DNA from: Mizuhopecten yessoensis
Taxonomy: Eukaryota
Length of the DNA stretch: 64,000 nt
Reading direction: 5' to 3'
NCBI RefSeq assembly: GCF_002113885.1
Contig: NW_018407853.1
Coordinates: forward strand, 904,486 to 968,485
Under the pieces are notes generated by a model. The model worked only from the letters and a program-made list of their open reading frames with translations, was not told the origin of the DNA and did not search any database. Shown in pieces: positions 49,129-62,084 of the stretch (positions are counted from its first letter, which is position 1; each line of letters begins with the position of its first letter). Made by a program: the position numbers and the translations under genes.

Positions 49129-51235
49129 GGACTGTGCAACTGGGCGCTTTTTGTGCCGATAAAGGTGTGTTTTTGGCCATATAGAGTCACATTTTTAGGG
49201 CATCCAGGAATTCTCTGTTGGTCACAATCTTAATACTCTCGAGTATTAACGTGAAATATTCCTTGTATATAAGGATATATACCAATTATATATATATATA
49301 AAAACATCCAAAGTCCTTGTGATGGTCAAATATAAAAGAAAACAAAGTTTTTTCTTCCCTTGTACATATACTTCTTAATCGGTTCATCAGGGATGAATTT
49401 CTCCTGATGAACCTCTAAAGAGGTGAAAATACTTAAGGAAGCACCAAGAAACTCTTCTTTTTTATTTATGTATATACACGAAACGTAATAGAGCGACATG
49501 CACGATAAAAATAAATGATCGAAAGCATTTAAAATTGTTCTTATTGTCTTGTTTTATTAAATTTACGATGGCCTCTAAATATAATTATTACAACAATCCT
49601 ACGTAATCCGGGAAAAGCGGTTTACTATATTGATTTATCTATTTACAGCAGGCTGTGACTATAAACAGATCGAGCCGTCTCCGCCGAGTTTGGCATTGAC
49701 TGAAAATCGAACGGTGTTACAGCCAGCACAAGCGATAGTCGGAAGAGTACTAGCCTATATTGTTTTCTGTTTATAAGAAACCCGGGCCTCAGACATTCAC
49801 TGTTTAAAGAATTAAAGCAGTGGCAGGGGAAATTTATCCGGATACCGAGATCCGAACCGATATTGCAACGGACTTTTTGACGAAGTAGCTTGCTGGGCTG
49901 GGATGAAAAACTAACCTGCAAATGAATTTGTCCTAGTTTTGAATAAGCTTGCTGTGATGATAGGCTTTCAGGTTACTGGACTACTTTACCCTTATTAATA
50001 GTTTATGTACAACTTCTTGCAAAGATCTATACAGCATAGAGTAACATACTTAAAATGCAACTGGTCTGTATGGAAAAAAATACCTTGGCCAACTTTCAAG
50101 GTCATATAGATCAAGCGTGTAAAATCTTGAGATGACTTCACTAGTACATGTTCCCTGTCACCTTTGTCAGACAAACGACCAGTGTGGCTATGTACACATT
50201 TAAAATATGTACAATATGAGGCAATCGTTGATTTGACTATGCTATAGAGTATGTACACTTAATGGTTATAAATGTACATGTAAATCCCTGTACATGTAAG
50301 AAATGACGAGGCAAACCTCCAAATTTGCTTTAATATGTGGACATAGATATGCGAGTCTATGAGCCCACTCATCTCAATTCAGAACAGGCCCGCTACGTGG
50401 TATCCAAACGGCTTCCTTTATCTGCCACTTGAACAGATCTCTCTCGAACACTTTGAAGATATCCCAGTCAATATCACGACTGCTGGGTAGCATGGTCTGT
50501 TACTGCCAATGTATTGATATTGGACTCGACGGCTTTCTTTCTAATCAGATAAATGTTTTCCCCCTCTTGGGTTGCGTGTATTTTTCGGCGTTCACAAGTC
50601 AGCCCCAAATCGCCTTCCAATTCCAGCCCCCTGATATATACGATGCATCACAGTTTGTACACTCATTCTGAAGCGTTTTCTTCGTGTTTGTTTACTAGGG
50701 TGCACAAGAACATTATAAAGCATCTCGCCATGGCCAAGAAATATCCTCTAGGATGACTTTACATAATCTTTATATATACGCGACGACCACAGCACAGGGA
50801 CCTGAAAATTTATTACAGCTATATTTGGTCCCTGTGGCGATGACTACCCACCTATTCATTTTGTTCTTATCCTTGATTGGTATTTTCTTGTTCTTCACCT
50901 TACTTTGTACTTTTTGGGGGCCCATTCCCGATGTCTACGTTTTCATTTCCCAAGCAATGTGGTTCTGCTCTTGCATTTTGTCCCGTTCTGTCACATCTGT
51001 TGAGCAATATTCATCGAAACATCACACTCACTTAACATTCACTAGTTGTCTATATGCACCTCTCTACGACCACTTAACCAGAAGAAAATGTTTAGGCATT
51101 TTTGTGGGTTAATAATCAAACTAACCGCTAATCTTCTTCTTTTTTAAATATTTAATATGCCACTATATAATATTTATCACCAAGAACATATATTAGGCCT
51201 AAAATATGATGTACTTATTGAATGTTTGCCTATAA

Positions 51236-52570
51236 GGTGGCTCCACACGTGACGTACTTCCGGAAAAAGTACAGCTAGGACTCAATTATCTTGATCGAAA
51301 TGTGCATGTACACGCGTGTCGTCATTTCCGTATTGCGTATCGGGCATTCAATATCGTAGTGTAAATTATAGTAACACCTGGGCCGTTTTCGTTTAAACGG
51401 TCAAATCGATCGGACCACTGTTGTTCCTTTATCAAATAAGGTCGGACCTAGTAATCTGATGCTGCTTTTAGGCGAGCCTTGAGAAAGCCTTGCAAGGCCT
51501 GCATACACATTTGCAGGTCCGCCAGGATTTATATCCGGAATTGTTACATTTATAACCGGTCAAACCGATTGTTCCGCATAAACGATCAGGCCCCATGGTA
51601 AACAATAGTACACGTGCGTGCCGATGATATGTCAACACCCGATATCGAGATTTTAACGGGAAATGTATAATCACACGTACTTCAGGAATAAAGCTTTCCA
51701 ATTCATAGACATACATGAGACAAGCGACCTCAAGAAGGTCATATAGGAAACACATGGAATGGGGACGTACCAACCTCACATGTGCATATCGCGTGTTTAC
51801 ACGAGTTCACAAGCTCGAGGTCGTTACGATTTTCGCTGTTGAGGTAGTTTCGCTCTATCGATTAAATCGTGTTCACAAATGTAGTCTACTAGCTTATTCT
51901 GTGAAAATAATGTTTTGTAAAATATCAAGGTACCTATGAAATGCATGTGTGAGTGCACGTGAGAACGGCATACCATGCGATAGCCTCTGGTCACATATGT
52001 ACCTGACATGTAATTATAAATATACCATGAGTTAGCGGACTGTGGAATGATGTCCAAAGTGTACATGACTGAGGGTAATTTGGTTCCAGGGACAACCAAT
52101 AAATTGGTGATTTTTATATCATATTTTTGATTTATTTTCATCATTTTTGTTATATGTAAACAGGGACAACTGTCATTGTGTAAATGTCACCCCTCTGCAA
52201 AAAGTTCGGATTTTTTTCAACGAAGATAACTCTCACCCAGATCACAGTGATTGTAAAATGTAAAATAAATTAATTATAAAGCCATTGTGTATATTTTGTT
52301 CAATTTTCCATTCTATATGTATAGATATTTGTGTCCTTGGTGCTTTGGGGGTGTAGATAATCACTTTTATCCGTACAAATTCAATAAAAAACACTTTGTG
52401 TAACATATGTTACATATTTTGCGATAAATAAAATATTTGTAGGGTTAATTAGAATTGCTTCTTTTCATTTTATTATTGTTGTTATTGTTCCGAACAATGC
52501 CACACACAAAAAAACCTGGAAAATATTAAAATTGACGAAAATTCCTTTTTTGGTATTTTTCCAATATTTA
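51236..52570 (+). mobile_element. Second copy of the TTAA-type element family seen at 16464-17612, with a nested MITE at 51380-51593
   Basis: Starts taa|ggtggctccacac; shared blocks include gtattgcgtatcgggcattc, gtaaacaatagtacacgtgcgtg, ccctctgcaaaaagtt and caataaaaaacactttgtgtaac. Confidence 0.72.
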
Positions 52571-53141
52571 CAATATTTTAAGGAAACTTTGAATTAGTGT
52601 CTTTTTGAAATTCTGTAATTTAGCCAGACATCCATCACGTTAAAGATCTCTCCTTCACCAGAATATTGAAAATCCTCTCATCTAACAGAGGACAACGCCA
52701 ATATCAGGCATGCTACAAATCTAATTATACTTTTAAAAGATTTATTACAACCAGTAAGAAAAATGTTTTTTAAATTAAATAACATTATCCCTAGCTACCT
52801 GCCTACCAAAAATGGAAATTCTGAGTGTAGTTAAGGCAAAATACTGAAATTAACATTATTTTAGAACGAGGCTGCATGTCAAAGTAATTTGAAGTACTGG
52901 TATAATATATGAAACAGTTCAAAAATATCAAAGGAAAGAAATTTGCTTCTTTATATAAAATTTATTTTATCTTGCATCCAACATATCGTAATGCAATGTA
53001 TAGCATAGTAAACACCTATCAACAAATCTGTAGTACATAATGTTTCACATTTCAATGAAAATGAGTGACTTTCGTGAAGAATAAACCCTTTGCCTCCATC
53101 ATTGAGCAGAGAATTTATTGTGACAGCTAGACGAAAGAATG

Positions 53142-53444
53142 TTAGAAGCCTCCACTAGCAGCTTTCTGGACTCGCTGCTGAAACCTTTGTTCAATAACTT
53201 TGGCTACATCCACATATCGTTCTACACAATTACACATGCAGGACTCTGTGCGACTGTCCAACTTGTCCCGCGGTTTATCTACACACGTGTCCCAACATAA
53301 GTTGTTTAGTTTATGGATCTGCTGCTGTATCTTTGCTTTGCCAGCCTCCATCTCAATAAAAGCTTGCATTTCTGGGTCCACAGCATTTTGGCCACCTGCG
53401 CCAGCCCCTCCTGGGGTTGAGTAACCAGATGAATTGAAGCTCAT
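53142..53444 (-). CDS. TIMM8: Mitochondrial import inner membrane translocase subunit Tim8
   Basis: Single coding exon of 100 aa with a twin CX3C motif (CWDTCVDKP...SCMCNCVERYVD) and the Tim8-type DPEMQAFIE...QQQIHKL segment. Confidence 0.93.
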   Translation of the reverse strand: MSFNSSGYSTPGGAGAGGQNAVDPEMQAFIEMEAGKAKIQQQIHKLNNLCWDTCVDKPRDKLDSRTESCMCNCVERYVDVAKVIEQRFQQRVQKAASGGF

Positions 53445-55350
53445 TCCAACGTCTTTAAAAAATCAGTTTACCTAGAATAACAGAAAAAATACACTGATCA
53501 TACATATACTTAGTTACTATGTTTACATGACAATAAAAAATAGTAGGATGAACTATTTGCACTGTTTAAAGTCATCAATTTTTGGGACTGATCAAGGAGA
53601 GAAGAGGGGTTGGGTTGGAAATCAAGTGAAACATTCCTCTATACCACTCGGTGACAATTTCTATGGATAGATCCACTCTTCGACAGGGGCTGCCTGCAGG
53701 CTGGCCATATGAGAATGGCTTGCAAAGAAATATGTAGTTTACATATGATCCATACACTTACAAAACCCATGTCTTTATACGTTCGGCCCCCGTAGCATTA
53801 GTGTCTTGTGTTTCATACTTCATACAAGTTCAAGCTAAATACTGCTAAGTAGGTTCAATAATAATAATATGTAATTGTATGTTAAATTCAGCATGACATA
53901 CATTTTGGTAGCCCAAGTTAAATTTCCTCTGGTCCCAACACTACTCCTATAACATGAGAGACCGCTGGTCGGCCTTTTTTCTATCGGATATGATTTTGCC
54001 GACTGCGACCTCTCATTTCCGAAGCACTAATTCTTTGATGCAGTTTCCTCCCGAAATGCGGGCGGAACTAAATCAGCTTGAAAAACTCAATTAAATGGTT
54101 CACAGTTCATGACAACGATGTCTACTCACGGTGCATGTATGTGTATTATACCAATTACAAATATTTTTCATTGTCCATGTTCATGTTCCACTCCACCTGT
54201 ACCACCTATGTGGATTGTTATTATGTAATGCACAAAGGCATTTTTGCCTATCGCTTAATAAAAATATACATGTAATATAGATCCCATATGTATGCCACAG
54301 ACACAAATATATAGTATATTACGGAATAGAACACACAAATACTGTCAACAGTATCTAGCCGTGTTAAACCTCTAACATTGTTTGAGTAGCCCAAACACCA
54401 GACTTTGACATTTTGACAGATAGATGTCTGGTGCTAATTGTTGAAGAACTTGGAAGTGGGTGACCGTCAGTCAGTGAGAGGGATGATATTGGGGAGGTTG
54501 ACATGTTTCATGTTTGCCTAACATGATTCAGAGTGGGCACTGAAGATGTTAGTCATATATCGATGATGACAGGTATGCAACTGTTGCATCATTATATTGA
54601 CCAGTGATCAGTTGTATATATGTATATATATGTATATTGTTCATACTCGTGCAGAATACCATCACTCACACTCGCTACGGCATAGGCTCCAATCAAAATG
54701 TGAAGTTAAGCTAACATGTTTGACAGGGTCGGAAACTTGAGCGTCTGAACACGAGTTTAACTAAACACTCCGTAAAATGCCCCTCTCCCCCACACTAATT
54801 GCATTGCATGTTACCGAATAGCGAAGTAAACCCCTAAAACGTCTCATATAACCTATTTCTCCGCTGTTTTTGTAAACATTACCGAAAGTACCTAGCACCA
54901 ATCGTACATTGGTAATTTTAACCGATAGGACATCAAAGAAACGTTATCGACGATAACGGTTAACGTTACTTGTATCCAGACTTGACCTTCACCGAGACTT
55001 TTACCCCCAACTTATGGGCTCATCTGCAGTAATTAAAATGACCAATTCGGACAGATGATGGGACTTTCACAATAGCATGTTATAAATACTTACCGTGTAA
55101 TATACTTGTCTGAAATCATGCAAGAAATGACGTTTGGTAGCAAGAGTTGTAAACCTCGTGTTATTTTATTTTACCGGAAATCAAAGTGTGTGAGCGCACG
55201 CAGTTTAACCTTTGAACTCAAACGTAAACAACAATCAGAGGTTAACCACGTGTTTATGTGCTCGCGTTGCCACGAAGATGCCTCCACGATTACGCCTCAC
55301 CGCAAATGGTCATTTCAATATAATGGTGTAGCAGAATATATCAGTAAAGC

Positions 55351-58300
55351 ATGCCGTTGGAAAAGCTTTCTTTCAATGAAGCAAAACGCAGGGCTAATGA
55401 AAGGATCGCGGAATGGGTATCGGAAACCAAGGCCGCGGGAATTGTTCGTCTGCAGGACAGATACGGGGCCGTTTTCAAGAAGATAGACTGGCGTGCAGGC
55501 CATAGCCAAGCACCTAAGAAAGGAACAAAACTTAAACCCATGCCAGAGCAAGCAAAGAATGGTATTTCTTAAAACTAAATAAGCTTAAACCCTACTCTCC
55601 AACCAACCACTTCAGCATTGAATTTGCCTTTAAACTATAGTTGAAAGTTCAGTCAGATTTTAATTGCTTCCAACAATTGCAATATAATTACTTAAATCAT
55701 GTGTAGCAATTTTATGCAAAGTGATCCGCTACTGCCGTAACCACTGTAGTAGTTAAGTTAAGTGCACACATGATTTATCCCAGGCATCAGATAAGCCTGT
55801 TATATGGTATAACACACATTAAACATGTGTCGTAAAAAAATCAGAATATATATTTGTACAGAAAGCACATTTTGTGACATATATATGCAATTGATTATTG
55901 AGGCTCGTATCATATATCAGACTTTATATTTTCATATTCATTATCATATTTCTGTCCTAATCAAGGCTAATGGTTTAATTTATATTTAAATATGTTAAAA
56001 TTTACAACATTAGCCAAGAAGTTGCAATTTGCAAATAAGAATAATCCCATTTGAATTTATTTATAGTTTTAACAACTTCAGAAACAGATAACAAGATGAC
56101 AGAAGTGGGTCAATTTACACATGATATCCCTCCCAGCAGAATGGGTAGGCACTCTCCCAATCAGAGTCGATGTAAGAGTAGAGAGAGGAGTCGACAAACA
56201 CCAGAGAGATGCCAGAGTAGCCGGCTCACATCTGAGAAACGGTCAGACTCGAGGAAGCGTTACAGAGACAGTGCCTCTCTCATCTATGGTGACAACAGAA
56301 ATAACCGAAGTTCCCTGATGGCCAGTGTATGTAGTGATGCCATGTCTCTGATACAAGATGGTGTAGCAAGTGAATGGCAGGATCTTTATCAGGAAACTAA
56401 AATCAACACAAAAATCAATGAAAGAACAAGAGCAGAGATGAAGTTTCTGAACTTGAAGACCCCTACCATTGATTACAGAGCTAACAAACGCCAAAGCTAT
56501 TTACCTGTACGAAAAAGCACAAACGGTCCAACATTTCCTGCAAAAAGAACTTTACAAAAAGATTCAAAGCTGTTAAATATTTTCCCAGCAAATTTTCGAA
56601 AGAGAAAAAGAACAATAAGAAATTGGGAAAAAGAAGTTCCATATTTTAAAATTGATGCTGGGGTATTATCGTCTGGTACAAGCAGTGGAACATCAGTAAT
56701 TATTGGAACAGAAACTATTCAAAATCCATCCGTTGGGGTTACCACTTCGCCTCCAAAAGGCCCGACAGTTGGACTGAAGCCCTTGCCATGCATTGTTACC
56801 AAGAACTGTAACCATTCAGTCACACGAGTTTCCAGTCGTCGATTCGACATGTCAAAATCTGGCTTGGCTCTTGCAGTGACGACTGGTCTCAGCCGTGCGG
56901 TAAAACTCATATTTTAATCCACACCTAAGTTCCCATTAATGAAGATATATGTTTTTTTCCAGATGCCCTGAATCTATATTATTAAGATTTCAGTAAACAA
57001 TTTGTTTTACAGAAGTAGTGTTGTCATATAGAAGAAAGAGACCTGTCTAAACTGATTTATTAATAATTAGAAAACCTCTATCAACCAACAAGTTCCCATT
57101 GAATCTAAGCATAACAAAATTGAACTTCTGTAATAAAAAAAAAAAGCTTTTACTAAAGAAACACCTCTCTATACTATATCCAGTTTAGAGAGGTATCACT
57201 GTAATGTCCTGTTTAGACAGATGTCACTCAAGTGTTTGGCTCATACAGGCATAACTTGTGTCCTGTGGTGTCTTGCTTACGCAGGTCTCACTATAGTGTC
57301 TGGTTTAGATGGCTATCACTGTGGTTCAGGATCAGACATATCATCCTTGTGACAGTTTAGACATGTTTTACTGATGTGGCTAGTTTAGACAAGTGTCACT
57401 GTCTTGACAATCACTGTGTTATAAGAATCTGAACTGGCAATAATTAATGACAAGTTTTTATTTCTTTCTCTCAGTTAGTTCTAATGAAGTTATATTTGTC
57501 CAGAATGGCTGTAAACTTTATGAAAATATGCCTAGAATTTCTTCTTTTACTTTTGTTTTTTCTTCTTTTTTTAATTTAATTGAGAATGCATTCTTTTCTA
57601 GAAATCTTCCTGCTTCTCCAGAAGGCAACTAGTATTATCAAGGTCTGCGCACAAACGGTCTACCAACAGTAGTGACAGTAGCAAACAATTCACTCCAGAG
57701 AGGGGCACTCCCAAAGGGGTAAGACACTACAAAGGGCTCAGTCATTATACAGTAGAAAGGGGCACTCCCATAGGGGCTAGATATTACAGAGGGTTCGGTC
57801 ATTATACAGTAGAAAGGGGCACTCCCAAAGGGGTAAGGTATTACACAGGGGTCAGTCATTATACAGTAGAAAGGGGCACTCCCAAAGGAGTATGACATTA
57901 CATAGGGGCCAGTCATTATACAGTAGAAAGGGGCACTCCCTAAGGGTTAAGGCATTACAGAGGGGTCAGTCATTATACAGTAAAAAGGGTCAGTCCCAAA
58001 GGGGTAAGGCATTACAGAGGGGCCAGTCATTATACAGCCAAAATGGGCAGTCATTATACAGTAGAAAGGGGCCAGTCATTATACAGTAGAAAGGGCACTT
58101 CCAAAGGGGTAATGCACTGCATAGGGATCAGTTATTATACAGTAGAAAGGGGCACTCCCAAAGGGGTAATGCACTACATAGGGATCAGTTATTATACAGC
58201 TTTAAGGGGCACTCCCAAAGGGATAAGGCATTACATAGGGGACATTCAAAATACACTAGAAATGGGCACTCCCAAAGGGGTAAGGCATTACAGAGGGGTC

Positions 58301-61300
58301 AGTCATAACACAGCTGAAAGTGGCATTAACAAAGGGATAAGGCATTAAGAATAGGGACAGTCATTAAACAGCTTAAAGGGGCACTCCCAAAGGGGTAAGG
58401 CATCACATTGGGGACAGTCTATATACACTAGAAAGGGGTACTCACAAAAGTGTAAGGCATTTCAGAGGGTCAGTAATTATACAGTAGAAAGAGGCACTAC
58501 CACAGGGGTTTAGGCATTACATATCGGGGACAGTCATTTAACAGCAGAAAGGGGCACTACCAAAGGGTTAAGGCATTACATAGGGGTCAGTCATTAAACA
58601 GTAGAAATGGGCACTCCTGAAGGTGTAAGGCATTGCATAGGGGTCAGTTATAACACAGCTGAAAGGGGCACTACCAAAGAGGTTAGGCATTTCATAGGGG
58701 ACAGTCTTAATACAGTAGAAAGGGGCACTTTAAAGGGGTAAGGCATTACCTAGGGGACAGTCTTAACACAGCTGAAAGGGGCACTCCCAAAGGGGTAAGG
58801 CATTACAGAGGGGCCAGTCATTATACATCAGAAATGGGCACTTCCAAAGGGTTAAGGCATTACATAAGGATCAATCATTATACAGTAGAAAGAGGCACTC
58901 CTAAATGGGTCAGTTTTATAAACCAGGAAGGGGCACTCCTAAAGGGATAAGGCATTATAAAGTGGTCAGTCTTTATACAGTAGAAAAGGGGCACTCCCAA
59001 AGGGGTAAGGCATTACAAAGGGGTCAGTCATTATACAGTAGAAAGGGGCACTCCCAAAGCGGTAAGGTATTGCATAAGGATCAGTCATTATACAGTAGAA
59101 AGGGGCACTCCAAAAGGGGTAAGGCATTACATAGGGGTCAGTCATTATACAGTAGAAAGAGGCACTCCCAAAGAGGTAAGGCATTACATGTAGGGGTCAG
59201 TCCTTAAACAGTAGAAAGAGGCACTCCAAAAGGGGTAAGGCATTACATAGGGGTCAGTCATTATACAGTAGAAAGAGGCACTCCAAAAGGGATAAGGTAT
59301 TACATATAAGGGTTAGTCATTACAAAGTAGAAAGAGGCACTCCCAAAGGGGTAAGGCATTACATAGGTATCAGTCATTATAGAATAGAAAGGGGCACTCC
59401 CAAAGGGGTAAGGCATTACATGGGGGTCATTTTTTATAATACAGTAGAAAGGAGCACTCCCAAAGGGGTAAGTCATTACAAAGGGGTCAGTCGTTATACA
59501 GATACACAAGGTGGGAAATCATGAAGTCAACATGTGTGTTGATCAGGTTATATTCTTTACAGAGGGTATCTATCTAGTTTTAAAAAAGCAAATGCAATAA
59601 CAGATGCAATTATTTAAATCCTCAAATAAGAATTCAGATTTCTCAATGATTAAAAAAGTTGATATAATACTGTAATGTATTAAGGATAATTGTAAACAAA
59701 TTCATGTTAACAGAAAGTGGCCTTGAGACGTTTCCGGATATTGGTACGAATGATCATGAGTGTTATGCTGATTCTGAGAACTACTGTGAAGACGGTGCAG
59801 CAAAACATGCGCAGTGATGTCAAGCGCAAGAAAAAGAAAACAGGAGTGTTAATGGCCTTTGACCCCTCCTACTACAGTTCTGCCACCACTACGTATGGGC
59901 ACCTGTCTGAGCGCTCCAGGAATGCACTCCAGAAGGTGCCACGGATCCGCACAGAGGCAGACATCAGAGTGTTAACTGTGAGTATGGAGCCCATCTGTTT
60001 ACAGTTGAACCTTGTTGAAAATGAAAGTTAAATTCTCGTAAAAACATGTCAGGATGATTAAATTAAGAAATATTTTTCATATCATACCTTATCATACATT
60101 TGTGTTTTCCTTCAAACTTTTAGACAATACACACTTTTAAACAATGTTAACATGTTGTGACCATGTGGTCATCTCCTTGTTTGAAGAATGAACGAATAAT
60201 ATTGTCATAGGCATTGTATGCCTTTTGTAACCCCAGACCCATTGCAAAGAGTGTTCAGGTCACAGGTATCTGTTTTTATAAGTTCTAATTTCTTTTCTTC
60301 TCCATGTGCACATGCAAACTAAGTCGTTATCATGGAACCTACAAAATATAAATTTCATTTAAAAATAAACAATTTCATGAAATATATTGTATTTCAACAA
60401 GTGAAATGGATGTCATTCTGGATAACATATATATATTCTTTACATTGTATGTCACATACAAATATGTGATTTTGCAAGATATGCTGTCCTCATAAAGGTG
60501 CCTAAGTATGTAAAGTAACATGACCCTTGGTGCAGTATCTGGTCCATAACTTACATAGGTGCAGTACTTTGTACATAACTGACCTAAACGATAAACCTTA
60601 TTAACCAAGGTCACAGAGGTCAAGGTCAATGATAAAGGGCACAAAAACCTTGTGAAACAAAGCTGTTCTAATAAAGGCACATGGGCGTATGAAATTACTT
60701 GATCCTATTTGCAATATTTGATTTGACCCTTTCTGCAATACTTGATTTGACCCTATCTGCAATAATTGATTTGAACCTATCTGCAGTACTTGATCCAGGA
60801 CTGTTCTAAACTCAGAAAATTAACCAAGGTTACTGAGGTCAAGGTCAAAGGTGAAAATGACATAAAACAGGCTGAACTCAACAAGGCACATAATTATGTG
60901 AAGTTTCCTGCAGTATAGTCCACAACTGAACTAAATGCAAAGATATCTTCAACAAGATTCATTAGTTTGGAAATATGTATTATCTAAGTTTCATAATCTT
61001 AATCAAAATAAAAAAGGTTTTAAAAGCTTGGCCACAGTGGCACAGGGCATTAAATGTTACTACATCTATCTGGTTCAGTCCGCCCATTTAATATAAAGGT
61101 TTTACTTTATACACAAACAATGTAAGTATTAAATATGTCGCAAAGCTTCAAGACCGACTGGTCCCTTTGTCAAGCTACGAAAGAGGCACTAGTCGATCTT
61201 GAAATGCTGTAACACCTTTGATATGTACATTAAATCTTTTATACTTTGATTAAGATTATGAAAAAGGGATGTTGATTTCCAAATTTTGATGATTGTTTTT

Positions 61301-62084
61301 GACAGGAGGTGATGTGTCGCCTACCACTTTTTGCCAAGTACTCGAGGAAGGTGAAAGAGGAGCTAGCCAGATTTGTTTGGTATGATATGCATGAGACTGG
61401 CCGTATCATCATCCGCCAGGGTGACATGGGGTCCCGTATGTACTTTGTGGTGTCGGGGACAGTCTCCATCCATCGCACAGAGGTGGATCCTAAGACAGGT
61501 GGGAGCAAGGGAAAAAAAGGCACTCATGCTACCCCAGTTGTAGTGTGAAGAAAATGTCTCAATCTGAACTTGTGTCATCTATAAATCTATGTTAAATTGG
61601 ACCCAACTGTACTGATAAGCTTATAATGAAGGAATAAATAAAATTTAATTTAAAATCATAGGTAATTTATTTACATGAATTTGACTGAAGTCAACATAAG
61701 AAATTTCTTCATGTTAAATTCAGGCAAAAAAGTATGACCTGAGAATTAAACCTGAAATGGACATGAATTTTGCCTAAATATAGACATCAAGACTTTTTAA
61801 TATAGAAAAATTAAATATGATGCCTGAATCCCTTGAAGATAAACTAATAGATCACTCAAAAAGTATATGTTTGTTCTTAATTAAGTTCCCTGAGGAAACG
61901 TTTTAAAAAAGAAATTATTTCAACACACAGATCAATTTCAAACAGATGATCAATTGAGAAAATTCTGTTTGTATAACAGGGATAAAGGTAATCCAGCACT
62001 TAAGGGATATAGAGATGGGTTCTACATTTGGAGAACTGGCTCTGATCCGAAACATCTCAAGGACTTATTCTGCCGCCTGTAAAG
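55351..62084 (+). CDS. Cyclic-nucleotide-binding-domain protein (CNBD2-like), 5' portion, continuing beyond the window. Exons 55351-55561, 56067-56899, 57602-57718, 59714-59977, 61306-61498, 61980-62084
   Basis: LPLFAKYSRKVKEELARFVWY...GRIIIRQGDMGSRMYFVVSGTVSI.../...GSTFGELALIRNISRTYSAAC is a cNMP-binding domain with a phosphate-binding cassette. The upstream exons are phase-compatible but low-complexity and less certain. Confidence 0.8.
57695..59500 (+). repeat. 57-bp minisatellite (agaaaggggcactcccaaaggggtaaggcattacagaggggtcagtcattatacagt), about 31 units, starting inside a CNBD exon
   Basis: Period 57; the first unit overlaps the exon end and donor at 57718/57719. Confidence 0.93.

Noticed and set aside
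55106-55486. 126-aa ORF as the first CNBD exon
   Set aside because: Non-ATG start and no donor compatible with the next exon; the 55351 frame splices in phase.
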